A stretch of DNA of 37,264 nt from an uncultured Lachnospiraceae bacterium. Lineage in GTDB: Bacteria > Bacillota > Clostridia > Lachnospirales > Lachnospiraceae. The notes under the pieces are model-generated. The model was not told where the DNA came from. It worked only from the letters and a program-made list of their open reading frames with translations, and searched no databases. Below, piece after piece: positions 25,645-34,586 of this stretch. The stretch spans positions 1-37,264 of the forward strand of contig CAMJWQ010000001.1 of NCBI GenBank assembly GCA_946409475.1, read 5' to 3'. The position numbers and the translations under genes are program-made. Within the stretch, counting starts at the first letter, position 1; each line of letters begins with the position of its first letter.

Positions 25645-26796
25645 ATGAAAAAAAGAGTTTTAGCAGTCCTGCTAACCATGACGATGTCGGCCTTGCTGCT
25701 TGCCGGCTGTGGCAGTAAAGGAGAAACGGCAGCAACGGAAGAGGCAAAGGAAGAAACAGCAGCGGAAACAGAACCGGCAGAAGAAGCAGAGGAGGAAGCA
25801 CCGGCGGAGGAAGCAATGACAATTGCATTATTGTTATCCGGCAATCTGGGTGATATGTCCTTTTTGGATTCTGCCAATGAAGGCACGAAAGAGATTGCAG
25901 AGACCTACGGTGCGGAAGTGAAGGTAATAGAAATGGGTGCCGATGCTACCAAATACGAAACCAATGTTTTGGATGCCTCCGATGCAGGATATGATATTAT
26001 TATCGGATCCGGCTGGCAGCTGCAGGAGCCCTTCCAGAATGTGGCCCAGGACTATCCGGATACCAGGTATATTATTTTTGATGCGGCAGTTGATTATACG
26101 CTGGGTGATTATTCCAATGTATATTCCATAACCTATAAGGCAAACGAAGCTTCTTATCTTGCAGGCATCATGGCGGCAAGCATGAGTGAAACAGGGATAC
26201 TTGGCTTCCTTGGAGGAATGGACGGTGCCGGAATCAATGATTTCCTTGTAGGCTATATTGAGGGCGCCCAATCCGTAAATCCGGATATTAAAGTAATCAC
26301 AGGCTATGTGGGAAGCTATTCCGACAGTCCCAAATGCAAGGAAATGGCTTTGGCGCAATACAATCAGGGAGCGGATTTTGTATTCACGGCAGCAGGGGCT
26401 TCCGGCATCGGTACCTTAGAGGCAGCAAAGGAAACCGGGAAATATGCCATAGGTGTTGACTCCGACCAGGCCATGCTTTATGCGGACAGTGATCCGGAGC
26501 AGGCAGAGCTGATACCTGCTTCCGTTATGAAAAATGTGAATACCACCTTAGTCCGTGCTTATGAAATGATTCTTGACGGAACCTTACCATGGGGTGAGGA
26601 AGAGCAGCTGGGCCTTATGGATGGAGCAGTTGGTTTAAGTGATAATGAATATTATCAAAAGCTGGTACCGGATGATGTTAAGACAAAAATTGCGGAAGCT
26701 TCCGATAAGGTTGCCGGCGGAGAAATTGAAGTAACCTCTGCTTTTGGCCTCACCACGGATGAAGTGACGGAAATCATAAATTCGGTAGCGCCCTGA
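25645..26796 (+). CDS. BMP-family (PnrA/Med-like) ABC transporter substrate-binding lipoprotein
   Basis: AAGGAGG lies upstream of the start. The lipobox is LLLAGCGS, followed by an acidic Glu/Ala linker. The BMP-like core includes GFLGGMDGAGINDFLVGYIEG and GVDSDQ. Confidence 0.85.
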   Translation: MKKRVLAVLLTMTMSALLLAGCGSKGETAATEEAKEETAAETEPAEEAEEEAPAEEAMTIALLLSGNLGDMSFLDSANEGTKEIAETYGAEVKVIEMGADATKYETNVLDASDAGYDIIIGSGWQLQEPFQNVAQDYPDTRYIIFDAAVDYTLGDYSNVYSITYKANEASYLAGIMAASMSETGILGFLGGMDGAGINDFLVGYIEGAQSVNPDIKVITGYVGSYSDSPKCKEMALAQYNQGADFVFTAAGASGIGTLEAAKETGKYAIGVDSDQAMLYADSDPEQAELIPASVMKNVNTTLVRAYEMILDGTLPWGEEEQLGLMDGAVGLSDNEYYQKLVPDDVKTKIAEASDKVAGGEIEVTSAFGLTTDEVTEIINSVAP

Positions 26797-26889
26797 AAAG
26801 ATTATAAATAGTAATAATTGGGGGATTGCTTCAAGGAAGAAACGATACTTGGAGCAATCTTTCTTTTGAATTTAAAAATGGAGACGTAT

Positions 26890-28443
26890 ATGAGCGAAGA
26901 TTTATTGGTTATGTCAGGTATTACTAAAATATATCCCAATGGAGTTATGGCTAATGATAAGGTGGACTTTTCCATAAAGGCCGGAGAGATCCATGCTTTG
27001 ATGGGGGAGAACGGTGCGGGCAAATCAACGTTGATGAATATACTTTTCGGAGAGCACCAGCCGGAAGAAGGAGAAATATTTCTGGAAGGAAATAAGGTTA
27101 AAATAGGCTCTCCCAATGAAGCAATCGCATTGGGAATCGGTATGGTTCACCAGCATTTTATGCTGGTTCCGTCTCTTTCCATTGCTCATAATATTTACCT
27201 TGGCATGGAACCGAGAAAGCATGGTCTGATCGATATCCGGAGTATGGTAAAGCAGGCGGAAGAGCTGGCGGAAAAATATAATTTTAAGATAAAAAGTACG
27301 GCCCGTGTAGCAGACATCCCCGTGGGGATGAAACAAAAAGTAGAGATATTGAAGGCCCTTGCAAGGGGAGCGAAAATTTTGATTCTGGATGAACCTACGG
27401 CGGTACTGACACCTCAGGAGACCCAGGAGCTGTTTCATGAGCTTATCGAATTTAAAAAGAAAGGCCATACCATTGTATTTATCTCCCATAAGCTAAAAGA
27501 AATCAAACAGATTTGCGACCGTATTACCATTATGAAAAACGGCAGAAGTATGGGTACCTATGATATGGAGGATATGGATGAAAAAAGCATTTCCAGGCTT
27601 ATGGTAGGACGTGATGTAATTAAGACCATTGAAAAGGCTAAGGCAAAGCCCGGAGAAGAAATATTCCGTGTGGAGCATCTATCCTGCATTAATGAAGACG
27701 GAAAGCATGCGGTAAATGATATCAGTTTATCCGTGCGCAGCGGTGAGATACTGGGCATAGCCGGAGTGGAAGGCAATGGGCAGACGGAATTTATTGAAAG
27801 CGTTACGGGAATGAGGAAAGATTATAAAGGAAATGTTTATATGAAGGGAAGGTGTATGGACAAGCTTTCCATTAAGCAAACACGAAGAGCCGGTCTTTCC
27901 CATATCTCAGAGGACAGAATGACATTGGGAGTCGCTGCGGAAGCCACCATTAGTGATAATCTGATAGCGGATAAATTAGGGGAAGAGATAATAGGATATG
28001 GTCCCTTTTTAAGCGGAAAGAAAATAACGCGGCTTTCCGGGGAGCTTATTGAAACCTTCCTGATAAAATGCAGCTCTGAAAAACAGCCTGTCAGCATGCT
28101 GTCGGGTGGAAATATGCAAAAGGTGGTCGTGGCGAGGGAATTTGCCAGGGAGCCTGTGGTAATGATAGCCAACCAGCCCTCCAGAGGTGTTGATGTGGGT
28201 GCCACGGAATTTATTCATAAAAAACTGGTTCAAATACGGGATAAAGGGGCCGCCGTACTTCTGGTATCCGCAGACCTAAATGAGGTTATGGGACTCAGTG
28301 ACTCCCTTATGGTATTTTATGGCGGCGAAATAGTAGCTTATTTTGAAGACAGCTCAAAGGTGACGGAAGAGGAACTGGGATACTATATGTTAGGTATCAA
28401 AAAGCAGTCGGAGGAAGAGATCAGGAGGGTTTTACATGAATAG
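26890..28443 (+). CDS. duplicated-ATPase ABC transporter ATP-binding protein (nucleoside/sugar type)
   Basis: I set the start at the ATG at 26890, which has GGAGA 6 nt upstream. The track ORF starts at 26818. Motifs are GENGAGKST, LILDEPTAVL and a second LSGGNMQK signature. Confidence 0.9.
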   Translation: MSEDLLVMSGITKIYPNGVMANDKVDFSIKAGEIHALMGENGAGKSTLMNILFGEHQPEEGEIFLEGNKVKIGSPNEAIALGIGMVHQHFMLVPSLSIAHNIYLGMEPRKHGLIDIRSMVKQAEELAEKYNFKIKSTARVADIPVGMKQKVEILKALARGAKILILDEPTAVLTPQETQELFHELIEFKKKGHTIVFISHKLKEIKQICDRITIMKNGRSMGTYDMEDMDEKSISRLMVGRDVIKTIEKAKAKPGEEIFRVEHLSCINEDGKHAVNDISLSVRSGEILGIAGVEGNGQTEFIESVTGMRKDYKGNVYMKGRCMDKLSIKQTRRAGLSHISEDRMTLGVAAEATISDNLIADKLGEEIIGYGPFLSGKKITRLSGELIETFLIKCSSEKQPVSMLSGGNMQKVVVAREFAREPVVMIANQPSRGVDVGATEFIHKKLVQIRDKGAAVLLVSADLNEVMGLSDSLMVFYGGEIVAYFEDSSKVTEEELGYYMLGIKKQSEEEIRRVLHE

Positions 28444-29512
28444 AAAGAGGGAAGCATTTTTTAATGCCATGAGTGTTTTTATTGCAGTCCTTGCAGCTCT
28501 GCTGGTTACCTTAATTATTATATTTTGCGTCAGCGATGAACCTGTGGAGGCACTAAAGGCTTTTATCACAGGTCCTGTATCAACAAGAAGAAGAATGGGA
28601 AATGTCGTAGAGGCCATGATACCTCTGGTATTTACGGGCCTTGCCGCCTGTGTTATGTTTCAGGCTAAGCAGTTTAGTCTGATCGGAGACGGTTCCTTCC
28701 TTGTGGGAGCTTTAGGTACGGCGGTACTTGTATTACATTTTGATCTGCCTCCCGTTGTGGCACCCCTTTTGGGAATTATCCTGGGAGGAATGGTGGGAGG
28801 AATATGTGCCGTCATACCCGGATATTTGAAAGCAAAATGGAATGCCAATGAATTTGTGGTCTCCATGATGTTTAACTCCATATTAGTTTATTTTACCGTT
28901 TATGTATTGTTAAATGACATCAGGGATCCGGACTCGGGATTTTTAGCCTCCTTTACTCTGCCGGAGAACGCAAAGCTTGCGGTTCTTGTTTCTAAGACAA
29001 ATGTGCATGCGGGTATATTCGCCGCCCTGTTCATGGTAGTGGTAACGACAATATTTATGTATAAGACGAAATGGGGCTATAGCATCCGTATGGTAGGAAT
29101 TAATCCTAAATTTGCAAAATATTCAGGAATCAATACCTTTATGGTGATGTTTTCCTGTCAGATAATCGGAGGATTTATCGCAGGAATCGGAGGCTCTGTT
29201 GAGCTTTTGGGAATGTATGACAGATTTCAGTGGCAGGACACGCCGGGATATGGATTTGACGGTATGACCGTTGCCATACTGGCAGCCAATAATCCGGCCC
29301 TTGTACCCATAGGTGCCTTATTTCTTGCCTATATACGTGTCGGAACGGATGTTATGGCGAGAACAAGCAATATTCCCAATGAAGCGGTTAATATCATTCA
29401 GGGTATTATCATGATTCTGATAACGGCCAGTGCCTTCCTGTCGGGGATTAAGCACAGGATGGTAATCCATTCGGCCAAAGAAGAGAAGAAACAGGTGAAG
29501 GAGGCCACGTAA
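28436..29512 (+). CDS. ABC transporter permease (BMP-system, first membrane component)
   Basis: AGGAGG lies upstream and the gene overlaps the ATPase gene by 8 nt. The protein is polytopic and hydrophobic. Confidence 0.85.
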   Translation: MNRKREAFFNAMSVFIAVLAALLVTLIIIFCVSDEPVEALKAFITGPVSTRRRMGNVVEAMIPLVFTGLAACVMFQAKQFSLIGDGSFLVGALGTAVLVLHFDLPPVVAPLLGIILGGMVGGICAVIPGYLKAKWNANEFVVSMMFNSILVYFTVYVLLNDIRDPDSGFLASFTLPENAKLAVLVSKTNVHAGIFAALFMVVVTTIFMYKTKWGYSIRMVGINPKFAKYSGINTFMVMFSCQIIGGFIAGIGGSVELLGMYDRFQWQDTPGYGFDGMTVAILAANNPALVPIGALFLAYIRVGTDVMARTSNIPNEAVNIIQGIIMILITASAFLSGIKHRMVIHSAKEEKKQVKEAT

Positions 29513-29513
29513 T

Positions 29514-30458
29514 ATGATACAGCAGTTATTTACCATTGTTTTTACGACATCCTTTGCGTATTCCATCTTAAGAGTCAGCACTCCCATTATACTGGCAGGT
29601 ATGGCAGCAGTCGTATCCGAAAGGGCCGGTGTCGTAAATATTGCCATAGAGGGTATGATGTTGACCAGTGCCCTTACGGGTGTGGTTGTCTCGGCCGGTA
29701 CCCGGAGCTGGTTCACAGGACTTCTGGCCTCCCTGCTCATCAGTATATTTATGTCGCTGATACTGGCGTATTTTATTTTAAATTTAAAAGCAAATACCAT
29801 TATGTGCGGCCTTGCCATTAATACCATTGCCAAAGGAGGCACCGTATTTGCGCTGTATCTTTTAACCGGTAATAAGGGTGCTTCGACGGCATTAAAGAGC
29901 TTAACGGTTCCCCAGCTGGACATTCCTCTCATTAAAAATATACCGGTCATTGGGGAAATCCTGTCAGGACAAAATCTGCTTACTTATCTTGCGGTTATTC
30001 TGGTGGCGTTACTCCATGTTTTTATATTCCATACGCGTATGGGGATTCGGATCAGTGCCGTAGGGGAGAATGCCAGAGCAGTGGAATCGGTGGGTATCAG
30101 CGTGAAAAAAACCAGGTATATGGCACTCTTGATAAGCGGCTTGTTTTCCGGCCTGGCAGGAACCTTTATGTCTATGGGATATATGAGCGGATTTACGGCT
30201 AACATGACCTCGGGAAGAGGCTTTATCGCTTTGGCCGCCAATTCCATGGGGCAGAACACACCCTGGGGAACACTTTTGGCAGCCCTGATATTCGGAGCAG
30301 CCGACTCTGCTTCGAATTCCCTGCAGGTTTTAAAGATTCCGACGCAGTTTATTCAGATGATACCCTATGCGACGACCATATTAGGAATTACACTGTATTC
30401 CATACAAAGATCCAATAAAGAAAAGAAAACCAAGACAAAACTACTGAATCAGGAATAG
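29514..30458 (+). CDS. ABC transporter permease (BMP-system, second membrane component)
   Basis: AGGAGG lies upstream of the start. The protein is polytopic and hydrophobic. Confidence 0.85.
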   Translation: MIQQLFTIVFTTSFAYSILRVSTPIILAGMAAVVSERAGVVNIAIEGMMLTSALTGVVVSAGTRSWFTGLLASLLISIFMSLILAYFILNLKANTIMCGLAINTIAKGGTVFALYLLTGNKGASTALKSLTVPQLDIPLIKNIPVIGEILSGQNLLTYLAVILVALLHVFIFHTRMGIRISAVGENARAVESVGISVKKTRYMALLISGLFSGLAGTFMSMGYMSGFTANMTSGRGFIALAANSMGQNTPWGTLLAALIFGAADSASNSLQVLKIPTQFIQMIPYATTILGITLYSIQRSNKEKKTKTKLLNQE

Positions 30459-30473
30459 AAAAGGAGAATGGAT

Positions 30474-31403
30474 ATGAAGAAAGTACCTGTTATCATGGAT
30501 TGTGATCCCGGTAATGACGATGCCCTGGCTCTTATTATGGTACATGCTGCCGAAAATATAGATTTGAGAGCCGTTACAACGGTGGCCGGCAATTTGAACC
30601 GGGATATTACGGCCAAAAACGGTCTTGAAATAGCGGAATATTTTAATATGAAGGTACCGGTATCAAAGGGCTGCTATCCCATTATGAAAAAATTTGAAGC
30701 ACTTGATATCTCCATTATGGGTGCGGCCGGAATGGGTAATGCCGTTCTTCCCCAGGCAAAGGGCAGCTACAGTCCTCTGAATTCCGTTGAGCTGTTACAT
30801 CAGGAGATACGGAAAGCCCCTGGGGAGATTCAGATTCTGGCAACAGCCCCCCTGACCAATATTGCTTTGCTGCTGTCCGTATATCCGGAGGTAAGGGATA
30901 TGATAAAGGGCATCACTATGATGGGCGGTGCGGTGGAAGGAGGAAACCATACACCCAGAACGGAATTCAATATTTATACGGATGCGGAGGCTGCTAAGAT
31001 CGTATTTCAGTCCGGTATACCCATAAGAATGATTGGCATAGATGTGACCTACCGCACTCCGGTATACGAAGAGGAACTGGATGAGCTTCTTGCCTGCCGG
31101 AATAAGACGGCCAAATTTATCGGAGATCTGATGTTTTATCCCGGTACCAAGGAAAGACCGGTACCCCAAGAGGGCCTGTTTATTTGGGATGCCCTGGCGG
31201 CAGCGGCTGTCATTAATCCCGATATCATGACATGGCGGCATCATTTTGTGGATGTGGAGACCAGGGGTGAGATTACCTATGGAGAAACGGTAGTGGATGT
31301 TAAGAACTATCTGAAAAAGAAACCTAATACCCATGTGGCATATGAATGCAATAAGCAGGAATTCTTTCAAATGATACGGTATACAATTGAAAAGCTGGGG
31401 TAA
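30474..31403 (+). CDS. inosine/uridine-preferring-type nucleoside hydrolase
   Basis: The start is at the ATG at 30474, which has AAGGAG 7 nt upstream. VIMDCDPGNDDALAL is the IUNH fingerprint (DxDxxxDD). Confidence 0.88.
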   Translation: MKKVPVIMDCDPGNDDALALIMVHAAENIDLRAVTTVAGNLNRDITAKNGLEIAEYFNMKVPVSKGCYPIMKKFEALDISIMGAAGMGNAVLPQAKGSYSPLNSVELLHQEIRKAPGEIQILATAPLTNIALLLSVYPEVRDMIKGITMMGGAVEGGNHTPRTEFNIYTDAEAAKIVFQSGIPIRMIGIDVTYRTPVYEEELDELLACRNKTAKFIGDLMFYPGTKERPVPQEGLFIWDALAAAAVINPDIMTWRHHFVDVETRGEITYGETVVDVKNYLKKKPNTHVAYECNKQEFFQMIRYTIEKLG

Positions 31404-31406
31404 GGT

Positions 31407-32504
31407 ATGAACAGAGAAGAATTAAAGAATAAGCTGAAAGAATATATGATGATTCCCCGGTTATCGGGCTATGAGAAAGAAATGTCGGATACCTTTTTCA
31501 TGGATATGAAACAATACGGCTCCCTGGTTGAAACGGACAGGATGGGAAATGTCATAGCAGCCTTTCCCGGTACGGACAGCAGCGTACCTTCTGTTATGGT
31601 TTTTGCTCATATGGATACCATCGGCTTCGTCATTACGTATATTGATTCCCATGGATTTTTATAGGTTGACAGAGTGGGCGGTGTGCCCGAAAAGGTATTG
31701 CAGGGGCGGGGCGTCCGGGTGGGAAGCGAGGACGGGAAATACTATCCCGGTGTATTCGGTATGAAATCCTACCATAGCTTAAGCAGTGGGGAAAAGGAAA
31801 AGACTGACGGTATTGGGAGCTTATATATTGATATCGGAGCCAAATCGGCAGAGGAGGTACGGGAACTGGGAATTCAGGTGGGCTGTCCCGTCATTTATGA
31901 TGCTTACTATAAAGAGCTTTTAAATGACAGGATATGCGGCTCCTATATAGATGATGCCTCCGGTCTGGCCAGCCTGAACCAGATAGCCGGATTTCTTTCA
32001 AGGAATCCTCATAAGGCCACAGTTTATCTCGTGGGAACCGTAATGGAAGAATATAATGCCAGAGGTGCCATGATGGCCCAGCGGACTGCCCATGCGGATA
32101 TGGCTGTCTGCCTTTTGGGAGCAGGAGCCGGAGATACGCCGGATCTTCAGGGAACCAATAATGTCATTTTAGGGGAGGGTGTTTCTGTGAATATGTTTAA
32201 TTTTCACGGGAAAGGCACCTTAAACGGCAATATGATTCCGGCTAATATGCGGGAGCATCTTAAAAAATCGGCGGAGAACGCAGGGATTGCCATTCAAAGA
32301 CAGGCAGCCAGAGGTGCACTGTCCGATACGGCATACCTGCAATTGGAGGATAAGGGAATTCCCTGTCTGGATATGGGTACACCGGACAGGTACAGTCATA
32401 GTCCGGCAGAGGTAATTGATTTGAAGGACCTGGAAAAAACAGGTGAATTAGTGATTGAATTTATTATGGGGCTGGATTCTTCATTTCCCCTGGCCCGGTT
32501 TTGA
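31407..32504 (+). pseudogene. M42-family (SgcX/FrvX/YsdC-like) metallopeptidase interrupted by an in-frame TAG at 31662-31664
   Basis: Track ORFs 31407-31664 and 31674-32504 are in the same frame. The reading is ...FAHMDTIGFVITYIDSHGFL*VDRVGGVPEKV. This corresponds to the contiguous HMDEIGF..GF(I/L)RF..(I/V)GG segment of intact M42 enzymes such as B. subtilis YsdC. Confidence 0.75.
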
Positions 32505-32513
32505 GAGGAAGTC

Positions 32514-34025
32514 ATGGAACGTAATATTTTAGTAGGAATTGATGTGGGGACGACAAGCCTAAGAGTCGGGTTTTATGATAAAGAGGGAAGGAACTACGGC
32601 TTCTCCGTAGAAAGCTTTCACCTGCTTCATCCTCAAAAATCATGGGTGGAGCAAAGGACAGAGGACTGGACGGAGGCTTTGAAAAAAGCTCTTCACAAAG
32701 GGATGGAAGAGTTTCATATTACGAAGGAACAGGTACTTGGCTTAAGCACAGGCTCCACCTGCTGCAGTGTGGTATTATGCAAAAGGGACGGAACGCCTCT
32801 CGGTAACTGTATCATGTGGATGGATATACGGGCCGCTAAGGAAGCGGAAGAAATTGCGGATATAACAGGAGAGCATTTATCGGCAGAATGGATGCCCTGT
32901 AAGCTTTTATGGCTGAAACGGAATGAACCGGAGCGGTATCGGGAGGCACAGGTTTTCTGTGAATGCCAGGATTATCTGACTCATTATTTGACGGGAATCT
33001 GGTCCGTCAACAGTAATACGGCCTGCAATTGGGGCTATAATGCAGACGAAAAGGGATTTCCCCATTGGTTCTATAAAAAGCTTGGTATGGAAGAAGCCAT
33101 TCGGAAATTTCCCGATGACCATTGCTATGCAGTGGGAGATTATATCGGTACGCTGACCAATGCGTGTGCGGAGGAATTGGGACTGTTATCCGATACCATT
33201 GTGGCTCAGGGAGGAATAGACTCCTCCATAGGAATTTTGGGTATGGGAGTTTATGAGGAAGGAAGAGTGGCTTTGATGACGGGCTCCTCCAATCTGACCA
33301 TGCTTCTCACCAAAAAAATGATGTTTGGTGAAAGCACCATAAATGCGGGGCCGAGCCACCTGATTCCAGGCTATTATACTTCCTTTAGAGGACAGCTGTG
33401 CTCTAACTCCATTATCGAATGGTTTCGAAAGGAAATTGCGGAGGACCATACACCGGAAGAATTTTTTCCTGTGATGGAAGAAAAGGTCAGGGAGGTACCT
33501 GTTGGAAGCAACGGCCTCATTTTGCTGGATTATTTTCAGGGCAACCGCCATCCCCACTATGATTCCAGAGTAAGGGGAATGCTGTACGGCTTATCCCTGA
33601 CACATACAAAGGCGGATATTTACAGAGCCATACTGGAAGGTATTTCCTATGGAACGGAGAATTTATTACAGCAGTACCGGTTGGCCGGATTTGAGGTAAA
33701 GGAGATAAATATTTCGGGGGGAACCACAAATTCCGAGGCTTTTATGCAGATTCAGGCCGATGTCAGCAATATAAAAATAAACGTACCGGAGGACTGCCGG
33801 TCTGTCTGCATGGGAGCCGCCATATGCGTGGCCAGGGCGGCGGATATGTATGAAAGCTTACAGGAGGCGGTTAAGCACATGGTACGTTATAAAAAGGTAA
33901 TAGAACCGAATCCCTTTAACCATAAAATTTATCATGAGCTGTTTAACCAGTACGGTGAAATATATCCTATGATGAAGTCATGGATGCATAGGAATGCGAA
34001 AATATGGGAAGCAAAAAAACAATAA
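32514..34025 (+). CDS. FGGY-family carbohydrate kinase
   Basis: GAGGAA lies upstream of the start. The motifs GIDVGTTSLRV and GGTTNSEAFMQIQADV and the ~500 aa size fit the family. Confidence 0.88.
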   Translation: MERNILVGIDVGTTSLRVGFYDKEGRNYGFSVESFHLLHPQKSWVEQRTEDWTEALKKALHKGMEEFHITKEQVLGLSTGSTCCSVVLCKRDGTPLGNCIMWMDIRAAKEAEEIADITGEHLSAEWMPCKLLWLKRNEPERYREAQVFCECQDYLTHYLTGIWSVNSNTACNWGYNADEKGFPHWFYKKLGMEEAIRKFPDDHCYAVGDYIGTLTNACAEELGLLSDTIVAQGGIDSSIGILGMGVYEEGRVALMTGSSNLTMLLTKKMMFGESTINAGPSHLIPGYYTSFRGQLCSNSIIEWFRKEIAEDHTPEEFFPVMEEKVREVPVGSNGLILLDYFQGNRHPHYDSRVRGMLYGLSLTHTKADIYRAILEGISYGTENLLQQYRLAGFEVKEINISGGTTNSEAFMQIQADVSNIKINVPEDCRSVCMGAAICVARAADMYESLQEAVKHMVRYKKVIEPNPFNHKIYHELFNQYGEIYPMMKSWMHRNAKIWEAKKQ

Positions 34026-34056
34026 CGGTATATTACACCATAAGAATTTTAAACAT

Positions 34057-34085
34057 AAATCCTCTTTACATAGGGGATTTTTTTT
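34057..34085 (+). terminator. intrinsic terminator of the DeoR-led operon
   Basis: AAATCCTCT, a ttacat loop, then AGGGGATTT, running into T8. Confidence 0.75.
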
Positions 34086-34497
34086 GTACGAAAACCAGTC
34101 ATACCAGCCGAGACTATTTTTAGGAATAGTGGTTACGATGCGATGCAAGAACGAATCAAGAGTTCTGAAAGCAAGATTTTTCTGGAGTGAAAGTCTTCAC
34201 TTGTGGGCACCTGGTACAAATTGAGAAGTCTAATCTAATGCATTATCGTAAGGTGGTGCCTGAAGGAGATGTGAAAAGTTGAGAGACCCATAGATGGTCT
34301 GGCAGACCGAAACGAAAAGTGAAGTACATGTGGTGGCAGGGCAAGTGAATGACCGCGCGTAAAGTCGGGAAATCTAAATCATTTATTTAAATGAACCGGA
34401 TTATGGGCGGTGAGCCTGCCAAGCATACAAAATATATAAACCACACTATGTGACGGATGTCACTGATCAATTTAAAACAAGGTAGTTCGATACATAA

Positions 34498-34526
34498 TTG
34501 ACAATATGGAAATAAATACCTATAAT
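34498..34526 (+). promoter_or_regulatory. perfect consensus sigma-A promoter
   Basis: TTGACA (34498-34503), exactly 17 nt, then TATAAT (34521-34526). Confidence 0.7.
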
Positions 34527-34586
34527 TTTTATTAATATAAATGATACCTTTAATTATTTAAAAATTTTTATTTTTGTGAGGGACAA

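Noticed and set aside
31662-31664. The amber codon could be a pyrrolysine or other recoding site.
   Set aside because: TAG is the ordinary stop of at least six neighbouring genes (ending at 3690, 14819, 16791, 21277, 24808, 30458). No pyl genes are in the window, and the position is an Arg/Lys in homologues. A nonsense mutation or sequencing error is simpler.
33994-34224. 76-aa ORF overlapping the end of the FGGY kinase gene and the terminator.
   Set aside because: It starts inside the kinase gene, reads through the terminator hairpin, and has no ribosome-binding site or recognisable motif.
34086-34480. The block could be a known housekeeping RNA: RNase P, tmRNA, SRP, 6S or a cobalamin riboswitch.
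   Set aside because: None of the hallmark motifs I remember are present. These are GAGGAAAGTCCGG for RNase P, a tag ORF with a CCA end for tmRNA, the SRP helix-8 motifs and the B12 box.
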